Assembly: GCA_048886685.1 (NCBI GenBank)
Contig: JBHLKM010000026.1
Span: 1-34,699 of the forward strand
Direction: 5' to 3'
Origin: Candidatus Hodarchaeota archaeon
GTDB lineage: Archaea; Asgardarchaeota; Lokiarchaeia; Sigyniarchaeales; SOKP01
DNA length: 34,699 nucleotides
In this document: piece by piece, positions 27,102 through 34,699 of the stretch
Position numbering within the stretch: position 1 is the first letter of the stretch
Layout of the letters: each line of letters opens with the position of its first letter
The notes under the pieces: generated by a model
What the model saw: only the letters and a program-made list of their open reading frames with translations
What the model was told of the DNA's origin: nothing
Databases searched by the model: none
Program-made: the position numbers and the translations under genes

Positions 27102-28835
27102 ATGAACATCAGTGAGAAAGAAAGAGAAGTCTTAGAGTTATTGGAGGTTCAAATTCAAGGATCAATACCAGAAATTTCAGAATTTGAGCGTTATAGACTT
27201 GGCTATCGTGTGCAAGATGGGCATATTGCAGGAATAAGCCTCTTCTCTTGTGGATTATCCGAAGTTCCAAAAATGGTTGGATCTTTAACTTTTCTTAAGG
27301 AAGTATATTTAAGAGGTAATATTTTAAATTCAATACCAGATGAATTATGTTCTCTCCCTCATCTCGAGATACTTGATTTAAGTGAAAATCGTCTCATTAC
27401 ATTGCCTGAGGTAATTAATCATCTTTTAACTCTTAAAGAATTTCATTTGGAATCAAATCATCTAGAAAATTTACCTAACGCTATTGGCGAGCTAAAATTT
27501 TTAGAACTATTAGATTTAAGTGAAAATGAACTAGTTGATCTTCCATCTTCTTTGGGAAGCCTAAATAGATTAAAAACCTTAGATTTAAGTAATAATAAAA
27601 TTTTGGCATTACCGGATTCAATAGGTAAACTCAATACACTAGAAATACTTTATTTAGGTAACAATAAACTAAAGAATCTCCCTGAATCAATCGGTTCATT
27701 ATCATCTCTTAAAAGACTAAATTTGAGAAATAACAATCTAGCGAAAATTCCTGAAACCATAGGGGGTTTGGATTCGTTAACTTCTTTATTCTTAAAAGGT
27801 AACAATCTAAAAAGCTTACCTAGTTCAATAGGAAAATTGCCTGGACTTAAGTATCTTGGTTTATCGTCTAATCAAATAAATTCTTTGCCTAATTCTATTG
27901 GTTCGCTTTCATCATTAGAAAATTTAAGTATTTCGTCAAATGAATTACCTGAGCTCCCAAATTCAATAGGATCCCTTAAAGCATTGTTAAGACTTGAAGT
28001 ATCTGACAATCGATTAAAAGCATTACCCTTCTCCATCGGAGGTCTTTCTTCTCTTAAAATATTGAGATGTGATCGTAATCAATTGACAACACTCCCTGAT
28101 ACCATTGGAGATTTGCCTTCAATTGAATCATTAAAACTTGATAATAATATTATAACAATTTTACCTGAGTCTATTGGTCAATTAAAGCAATTAAAAGAAT
28201 TGAGTATGTATAATAATAAACTAGATCATCTTCCACAGTCTATAGGTGAATTAACCTCATTAGAAATATTAGATTTAAGTAAAAATGAGCTGACAAGTCT
28301 CCCCGAATCAATAGGCGCTTTAGATTCATTAATAGAATTAGATGTATCTACAAATAAATTGACATGTCTCCCTCCATCAATTGGAGCACTCCCGTTGATA
28401 AAAAGCTTAATTTTAGGTTTTAATCGATTAGTTGATATCCCAAAATCTATAGGATTCCTTACTACATTAGAAATTTTAGACCTAGGAAAAAACCGTCTAA
28501 ACTTTATTCCTGAGACTTTAGGCTCCTTAACATCTCTTAAACATTTATATCTTTATTATAATGAGTTAAATAGCATCCCCGAATCAATTGGATCTCTACA
28601 CTCATTGAAATATTTATATTTAGGAAACAATAAATTAACAACTCTCCCAGAGTCTATCGGACGACTTAAATATTTAAAATATTTATTTCTACGAGCAAAT
28701 TTTTTAAATGAATTGCCTGAATCGGTAGAAACCTTACCATCTCTAAAATACTTGAATATTGAAAAAAACAATCTTAAAGGTTATCTTGATTTTTTACATA
28801 AATTAGAACTGAAAGGAATAAAAATTTTAAAATAA
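27102..28835 (+). CDS. Stand-alone leucine-rich repeat protein (22 x 23-aa LRRs)
   Basis: Residues 52-557 are 22 gap-free repeats of LxxLPxSIGxLxxLxxLxLxxNx, with a 51-aa N-cap and a 20-aa C-cap. Confidence 0.95.
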   Translation: MNISEKEREVLELLEVQIQGSIPEISEFERYRLGYRVQDGHIAGISLFSCGLSEVPKMVGSLTFLKEVYLRGNILNSIPDELCSLPHLEILDLSENRLITLPEVINHLLTLKEFHLESNHLENLPNAIGELKFLELLDLSENELVDLPSSLGSLNRLKTLDLSNNKILALPDSIGKLNTLEILYLGNNKLKNLPESIGSLSSLKRLNLRNNNLAKIPETIGGLDSLTSLFLKGNNLKSLPSSIGKLPGLKYLGLSSNQINSLPNSIGSLSSLENLSISSNELPELPNSIGSLKALLRLEVSDNRLKALPFSIGGLSSLKILRCDRNQLTTLPDTIGDLPSIESLKLDNNIITILPESIGQLKQLKELSMYNNKLDHLPQSIGELTSLEILDLSKNELTSLPESIGALDSLIELDVSTNKLTCLPPSIGALPLIKSLILGFNRLVDIPKSIGFLTTLEILDLGKNRLNFIPETLGSLTSLKHLYLYYNELNSIPESIGSLHSLKYLYLGNNKLTTLPESIGRLKYLKYLFLRANFLNELPESVETLPSLKYLNIEKNNLKGYLDFLHKLELKGIKILK

Positions 28836-28985
28836 GATAATCCAAAAAAAAATCAATCTTTCTTTTTATATCTTTAATTTTCTTTCAATCAATTTATATT
28901 CATAAAAATGAAATACATGAAAGAAATTGCTTAAATTATCAACTTTTAGCAAAGTATCAAAAAAATAATATAATTTAAATACTAA

Positions 28986-31019
28986 ATGCAGTTAGATAAA
29001 AATATGGATATTTCAAAAGCCATGAGAATAAAATTACCTGCTGAGCTACCACCATATCCAAATTTTGTTGATGGAATAAGAAGAGCACCATCAAGGGGTT
29101 ATCTACTTAATCTTGCACAGACAAAATTAGCTTTAAAAAATGCTCTCAGATATATACCTGTATCTCTACATGAAAAAGTGGCATCAGAGTTCTTAGAAGA
29201 ATTAATAACAAGGGGCAGAATCTATGGTTATAGATTTAGACCAGAAGGAAATATAAAAGCTAAACCTATCAACCAATATGCTGGAAATACACTTGAATGT
29301 AAAGCTTTGCAGGTTATGATTGATAACAATCTTGATTTTGATGTAGCTCTTTATCCATATGAGTTGACAACTTACGGTGAAACTGGACAAGTTTTTCAAA
29401 ATTGGATGCAATATAAATTAGTTAAAATGTATTTGGAACAAATGAAAGAAGATCAGACCTTAATTATTGCCTCTGGGCATCCAGTAGGGCTTTTTCCTAC
29501 ATCAATACATGCACCTAGAGTTATTTCAACTAACGGTTTAATGGTAGGTATGTTTGACAATCCTGAGGATTTCACAATAGCAGCTGCTATGGGTGTAGCT
29601 AATTATGGTCAAATGACTGCAGGGGGATGGATGTATATCGGCCCTCAAGGTATTGTTCATGGTACTTATATTACATTATTAAATGCAGGTAGGTTGTACT
29701 TAAATATACCCCAAAATGAAGATTTAAAAGGTATTTTATACATTTCATCTGGGCTTGGTGGAATGAGTGGAGCACAAGCAAAAGCTGTGGAAATCGCAGG
29801 TGGAATCGGTGTTATTGCTGAAGTAGATGAGTCAAGGATAAAAACAAGACATGATCAAGGTTGGGTATCTAAAATCTCTGATGATTTAGATGAAATTTTT
29901 GAATGGGTAAAAGATGCGAGAAAATCTGGTAGACCCCTCTCAATAGCATATCATGGAAATGTTGTTAATCTTTGGAAATATATAGTAGACAAAAATATTA
30001 TTGTAGAACTTGCATCTGACCAAACATCTTGCCATGCTGCTCATGAAGGAGGATATACTCCCTTTCAAATTAGTTTTAAAGAAGGAAGAGATTTAATCAA
30101 AAATGATATTGATAGATTTAAACAATTGGTTGATGAATCTTTAAAGGAACAATTTAGACTTATTAACATAATGACTAGAAGGGGTACATATTTTTGGGAT
30201 TATGGTAATTCTTTTCTGAAGGCAGTATATGATGCAGGAGCTAAAGAAATAGCAAAGAATCGAAATGATCCATCTGAAGGATTTATTTTCCCGTCTTATG
30301 TAGAAGATATAATGGGCCCGATATGTTTTGATTATGGTTATGGACCTTTTAGATGGGTTTGCCTTTCTGGAAAAGAAGAAGATCTGGACAAAACTGATCA
30401 AATTGCAATGAGCTCCATCAATCCAGAAAGAAGACCTCAAGATAGAGACAATTATATTTGGATTAGAGATGCAAAAAGAAATAATTTAGTTGTAGGTACA
30501 AAAGCTAGAATATTATATGCTGATGCTGAGGAGAGAATTGATATCGCATTAAAATTTAATGATTTAGTGAGAAAACGGAAAGTAGGGCCCATAATGCTTG
30601 GTAGGGATCACCATGATGTTTCTGGAACTGATTCACCGTTTAGAGAGACATCTAACATTAGAGACGGGAGCAACGTGATGGCAGAAATGGCTGTACACTG
30701 CTTCACTGGAAACGCAATCAGAGGTATGACTTACGTAGTTCTCTCAAATGGAGGTGGAGTGGGCATAGGAAAGTGTTTTAATGGTGGATTTGGATTGGTA
30801 TTAGATGGCTCTGAAAAAGTAGATAATGTAATAAAGAATTCTATTGAATGGGATGTTATAGGAGGAATCGCAAGAAGAAGTTGGGCTAGAAATCCTCATG
30901 CTTTTGAAACGGCGTATAATTGGAATATCAAGAATAAAGAAAAAGGACATATTACTCTTCCTTTCATGACAGAGGATAAGTTTATTGATAATATAGTAGA
31001 AAAATATATGAAAAAGTAA
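28986..31019 (+). CDS. hutU: Urocanate hydratase (long, ~680-aa form)
   Basis: Motifs GRIYGYRFRP, NNLDFDVALYPYEL.TYG, YGQMTAGGWMYIGPQGIVHGT, GLGGMSGAQ, SDQTSCH, GPFRWVCLSG, GRDHHD and NGGGVG.G. Confidence 0.96.
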   Translation: MQLDKNMDISKAMRIKLPAELPPYPNFVDGIRRAPSRGYLLNLAQTKLALKNALRYIPVSLHEKVASEFLEELITRGRIYGYRFRPEGNIKAKPINQYAGNTLECKALQVMIDNNLDFDVALYPYELTTYGETGQVFQNWMQYKLVKMYLEQMKEDQTLIIASGHPVGLFPTSIHAPRVISTNGLMVGMFDNPEDFTIAAAMGVANYGQMTAGGWMYIGPQGIVHGTYITLLNAGRLYLNIPQNEDLKGILYISSGLGGMSGAQAKAVEIAGGIGVIAEVDESRIKTRHDQGWVSKISDDLDEIFEWVKDARKSGRPLSIAYHGNVVNLWKYIVDKNIIVELASDQTSCHAAHEGGYTPFQISFKEGRDLIKNDIDRFKQLVDESLKEQFRLINIMTRRGTYFWDYGNSFLKAVYDAGAKEIAKNRNDPSEGFIFPSYVEDIMGPICFDYGYGPFRWVCLSGKEEDLDKTDQIAMSSINPERRPQDRDNYIWIRDAKRNNLVVGTKARILYADAEERIDIALKFNDLVRKRKVGPIMLGRDHHDVSGTDSPFRETSNIRDGSNVMAEMAVHCFTGNAIRGMTYVVLSNGGGVGIGKCFNGGFGLVLDGSEKVDNVIKNSIEWDVIGGIARRSWARNPHAFETAYNWNIKNKEKGHITLPFMTEDKFIDNIVEKYMKK

Positions 31020-31081
31020 CATAACAAAATGGGTAATTAAATTTTTGAAGAAAGATTATACAGAATTGAAGGAGAATCTGT

Positions 31082-32593
31082 ATGGAAAACAATTTTAAAT
31101 ATGGAATAGATAAGTTAACAGTAAACACAGCACTGAAAATAGTTAGAGATCAAATAAAAGGTGTTTTAACGGAGGAAACAAAGGAAAAAATAATAAAAAG
31201 CTTCAAAGCTGTTCAATCAATTGCGAAAGGAGATAAACTGGTATATAGTATTAATACAGGATTTGGTTCGCTGTGCACCACTAGAATTTCCTTAGAAGAA
31301 ACAGGAAAATTACAAGAGAATCTTCTAAAAAGCCATAGTGTGGGTGTAGGTTCTCCAATAGATACTGAGCTTTCTAAATTAATGTTAATTTTAAAAGTAC
31401 ATTCATTATCCAAAGGATATTCTGGAATTTCATTACAAATTGTTGATAGAATTTGTTGGCATATAGATAATAATTATATACCCCTTGTACCTGAACAAGG
31501 TTCGGTTGGTGCTTCAGGAGATTTAGCACCATTGGCACATATATTCCTCCCTCTGATGGGTTTAGGCTTCTTATCGAAAGATGGTGTAAATTATATTAAA
31601 TCTGGAGAAATATTAAAAAAACACAATCTCGAGCCGTTAAAATTACAGGCGAAAGAGGGATTAGCGTTAATCAATGGAACACAATTTATAGCAGCATATG
31701 CTATCAAAATTGTTGAGATGTTTTCAAGAGCTCTTGATCACGCAGATCTTATCGGGGCTTTAACTCTTGAAAGTTACCTAGGATCAGCTCAACCTTTTGC
31801 TAAAGAATTATTAGATCTACGACCTCACAAAGGAAGTTTAGAAGTAGCAAAAAAGATTAGGAAATACTTACAGAATTCTCAGTTTGTAGAATCCCATAAA
31901 GAATGTGGAAGAGTTCAAGATCCTTACTCTATAAGGTGCATTCCTCAAGTTCATGGTGCGTCTAGAGATGCGTTATATCATTTAATTGAGAAAATAGAAT
32001 GTGAGATGAATTCAGTTACAGATAATCCAATAATTTTAAATGAAAATGAAACGTATAGTGGTGGAAATTTCCATGGACAACCTATTGCTTTACCTTTAGA
32101 TTATGTCGGATTAGCTGCATCTGAAATTGGCAACATATCTGATCGTCGCATATTTTTAGTTTTAGAAGGGAAATGGGGATTACCGTCATATTTAATACAA
32201 GATGCGGGATTAAATTCTGGTTTTATGATGTTACAATATACTTCTGCTGCTTTAGCTAGTGAAAATAAAACCCTTTGTTTTCCCGCGAGTGCTGATAGTA
32301 TCCCTACGGGGGGAGGACAAGAAGATCACGTAAGTATGGGCCCAATAAGTGCAAGAAAAACTTTTAGAATTATAAAAAATCTCGAAAAGATCCTTGCAAT
32401 TGAACTTCTATGCGCAGCACAAGCATTTGATTTTAGAAGGCCCCTGAAATCTAGTAGAATTATTGAAGAGTGCCATAAGTACATTCGTGAAAAAATCCCC
32501 CATATTTATGAGGATACGATTTTATCTGAATATATTAACATCGCAATAGAAATTATAAAGAGTAATAAATTACTAGAAATTGCCCAAAAATAA
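31082..32593 (+). CDS. hutH: Histidine ammonia-lyase
   Basis: MIO-forming GSVGASGDLAPLAH, plus INTGFG, KEGLALINGT, VQDPYSIRC, GGNFHGQP and QEDHVSM. Confidence 0.96.
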   Translation: MENNFKYGIDKLTVNTALKIVRDQIKGVLTEETKEKIIKSFKAVQSIAKGDKLVYSINTGFGSLCTTRISLEETGKLQENLLKSHSVGVGSPIDTELSKLMLILKVHSLSKGYSGISLQIVDRICWHIDNNYIPLVPEQGSVGASGDLAPLAHIFLPLMGLGFLSKDGVNYIKSGEILKKHNLEPLKLQAKEGLALINGTQFIAAYAIKIVEMFSRALDHADLIGALTLESYLGSAQPFAKELLDLRPHKGSLEVAKKIRKYLQNSQFVESHKECGRVQDPYSIRCIPQVHGASRDALYHLIEKIECEMNSVTDNPIILNENETYSGGNFHGQPIALPLDYVGLAASEIGNISDRRIFLVLEGKWGLPSYLIQDAGLNSGFMMLQYTSAALASENKTLCFPASADSIPTGGGQEDHVSMGPISARKTFRIIKNLEKILAIELLCAAQAFDFRRPLKSSRIIEECHKYIREKIPHIYEDTILSEYINIAIEIIKSNKLLEIAQK

Positions 32594-32609
32594 TTAGAGT
32601 TGTACTGAT

Positions 32610-33914
32610 TTGTTTGTGGCATCAACTTATGGGAAAAAAGAAATGTTTTCTGAAACTGAACCAGATCTCGCGATTTTTAATGCTAATGAATTAATCACAA
32701 TGAATACTGCTTTTGGAGCCCCAAGAACTGGGGAAGATTTGTCAGAACTGTCAATTATTTCTAACGGTGCGATAGCAATTAAGGATGATAGGATTATATT
32801 TGTAGGAACAACTGATGAATTAATGTCAACGTTTTCTTTTGGAAAAATCACAAGAAAAATAGATGCTTCTAATAAATTGGTTACTCCTGGATTTGTCGAT
32901 CCCCACACACACATTATTTTTGATGGAACGAGAGAAAATGAATTATCTATGAAGCTAGATGGAAAATCATATCTCGAAATTCTCAAGGAAGGAGGGGGTA
33001 TATTAAAAACTGTTCGAGAAACAAGGAATGCTTCACTAGAGAAATTAGTAGAAAATGGTAAAAAAATATTAAATCGAATGATGTCTTATGGTACTACTAC
33101 TCTTGAAACTAAATCAGGTTATGGTTTAACTGTTGAGAGTGAAATAAAAATGTTGAAAGCTGTTAAACTATTAAATGAAGTACACCCTATAGATATAGTT
33201 CCAACATTTTTAGGAGCTCACGCAATACCGACAGAATATGAAAATAGAGCAGATGAGTACGTTGATCTCATAATTTCTGAAATGATTCCAAGTATTGTTA
33301 AAGAAAATCTTGCAGAATTTTGTGATGTTTTTTGTGAAGAAGGTATTTTTTCAATAAAACAGACAAAAAAGATATTAGAAACAGCAAAAAGATATGGATT
33401 AACTCCTCAACTTCATATCGATGAGATTGTAGATACCTATGGTGCGAAGTTAGCTGCAGATATAAATGCTATCCAAGCAGGACATTTGTTGAAATCAAAT
33501 GATGAGGGCTTAAGAGCAATGGCAGAAGCTCAAATTATTGCTACACTCTTACCTGGTACACCTTTTTGTTTAATGTTAAATGAATATGCACCAGCTAGAA
33601 AAATTATTGATTTAGGTATACCTATTGCTTTGGCAACTGATTTAAATCCTAATTGTTGGACAGAATCTATGCAAATGATTATCGCATTAGCTTGTTATAA
33701 TATGAAACTCTCACCTGCTGAAGCTTTAGCTGCTTCTACTATAAATGGTGCATGTGCTCTCCAAAGACAAGATGAGATTGGAAGTTTAGAAGTTGGTAAA
33801 AAAGCAGATTTAATTTTGTTCGATATTCCGAACCACAATTTTATTCCTTATCAATTTGGTGTAAATTTAGTTTCAAAGGTTATAAAAAATGGAAAGATAG
33901 TGGTTGAAAACTAG
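32610..33914 (+). CDS. hutI: Imidazolonepropionase
   Basis: Motifs PGFVDPHTH, GGGILKTV, KSGYGL, FLGAHA, DVFCE, HIDE and ATDLNP. Start is either TTG 32610 or ATG 32643. Confidence 0.95.
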   Translation: MFVASTYGKKEMFSETEPDLAIFNANELITMNTAFGAPRTGEDLSELSIISNGAIAIKDDRIIFVGTTDELMSTFSFGKITRKIDASNKLVTPGFVDPHTHIIFDGTRENELSMKLDGKSYLEILKEGGGILKTVRETRNASLEKLVENGKKILNRMMSYGTTTLETKSGYGLTVESEIKMLKAVKLLNEVHPIDIVPTFLGAHAIPTEYENRADEYVDLIISEMIPSIVKENLAEFCDVFCEEGIFSIKQTKKILETAKRYGLTPQLHIDEIVDTYGAKLAADINAIQAGHLLKSNDEGLRAMAEAQIIATLLPGTPFCLMLNEYAPARKIIDLGIPIALATDLNPNCWTESMQMIIALACYNMKLSPAEALAASTINGACALQRQDEIGSLEVGKKADLILFDIPNHNFIPYQFGVNLVSKVIKNGKIVVEN

Positions 33915-33931
33915 AAAAAAACTTAAAAAAT

Positions 33932-34699
33932 TTAAAAATCAAAATAATGTTCTAATAAATGCTTTTCTTCTAGTTTTTGAGGATTCTCGAGTTGTAAATA
34001 ATACTCTAATGAATTTAAAACAGCATCTAAAGGTAAAACTCCCACTAACTCTGTCCCAATAATCGATACACCATAACGAGCAGCTTCAATTCTCACAAGC
34101 TCCATTTGCCTATAAAGAGGTGTTTTTTTATAATTAATATTACTTATTCCTACTTGAACGTAGTTTCTTTTAGCGAGTTCAGTTCCCATTGCTTTAATAT
34201 TAACTAATCCACCGGATCGTAGGTGAATAGCTTTTGCAACATTTTTAGCAACTTTAATATCTTTAGTGCCTAGATTAATATTAAAGCTTATTAATGGAGG
34301 TCTAGCACCAGTTATCATAGCACCTGCTGTAGGATGAAGTTCAGATGGACCAAAATCAGGTTTTCGTTCTGGATCAACTTTAATAGCCTTTTTTAGACCC
34401 TCATATTCTCCTTTACGAATATTGTCAATATTTTTTCGTTCCAGGTTACGTGCAGATTCTTCATAAAGGTATACAGGAATACCCTGTTTTGCCATAATTT
34501 CAGCAAACTTGATAGATAATTCAATACATTCTTCTATAGTAACATTCTGTGCTGGAACAAAAGGAACAACATCTATTGCTCCAATCCGAGGATGCTGTCC
34601 CTGATGATTATTCATATCAATCAAATCAATTGCTTTTTTAGCAGCAGCTACATTAGCTGTTAAAACTGCATCAGGTGTGCCTACAAAAGTAATAACTGC
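33932..34699 (-). CDS. ftcD: Glutamate formimidoyltransferase (FTCD formiminotransferase domain), 5'-truncated by window edge
   Basis: Motifs IDM..H.G.HPRIGAIDVVPFVP, IPVYLYE, IRKGEYEGL, PDFGP and GAR..L..FNINL. The frame stays open to base 34699 (AVITFVGTPDAV...). It ends without a cyclodeaminase domain. Confidence 0.92.
   Translation of the reverse strand, partial: AVITFVGTPDAVLTANVAAAKKAIDLIDMNNHQGQHPRIGAIDVVPFVPAQNVTIEECIELSIKFAEIMAKQGIPVYLYEESARNLERKNIDNIRKGEYEGLKKAIKVDPERKPDFGPSELHPTAGAMITGARPPLISFNINLGTKDIKVAKNVAKAIHLRSGGLVNIKAMGTELAKRNYVQVGISNINYKKTPLYRQMELVRIEAARYGVSIIGTELVGVLPLDAVLNSLEYYLQLENPQKLEEKHLLEHYFDF

Noticed and set aside
27255-28772. CRISPR array or DNA tandem repeat (69-nt periodicity)
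   Set aside because: The periodicity is protein-level LRR; the DNA units are diverged and there is no repeat-spacer structure.
2601-32986. Other short overlapping ORFs in the supplied track (e.g. 2601-2795, 3412-3597, 4329-4610, 6475-6717, 18265-20215, 21016-22527, 28556-32986)
   Set aside because: They are antisense to confident CDSs and have no recognisable domains.

Overview
AT-rich (roughly 30% GC by eye), gene-dense archaeal chromosome segment, most consistent with an Asgard archaeon of the Lokiarchaeia type. This is an inference from archaeal-type PheRS, TyrRS and PPAT, a DUF1512-like gene, GGTGA Shine-Dalgarno motifs, TATA boxes, a Vps29-like protein, a stand-alone 22-repeat LRR protein and three SCP2-type proteins. 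In order, the window holds: the end of a surface-glycan cluster (FkbM methyltransferase, GT4, GDP-mannose dehydratase); a bacterial-type RNase PH; a pheS-pheT-pheA operon; coaD; a Zn-ribbon membrane protein paired divergently with DUF1512; a lipid/acyl module (tungsten AOR, acyl-CoA ligase, tandemly duplicated SCP2+HAD cassette); ppdK; tyrS; an ADP-forming acyl-CoA synthetase alpha subunit; a Vps29-like phosphoesterase; a methyltransferase; an SCP2-like gene paired divergently with an Fe-ADH; the LRR protein; and histidine utilisation genes (long-form hutU, hutH, hutI, convergent glutamate formiminotransferase). I saw no rRNA, tRNA, CRISPR array or transposase. The strongest hidden signals are: (1) coaD and aor appear to start at non-canonical ATT codons 8 nt after strong SD motifs; (2) a GC-rich hairpin overlapped by a Phe/Tyr-rich micro-ORF in the 362-bp gap upstream of pheST-pheA; (3) a ~1.47-kb tandem duplication with near-identical ends, a diverged middle and one frameshifted copy.
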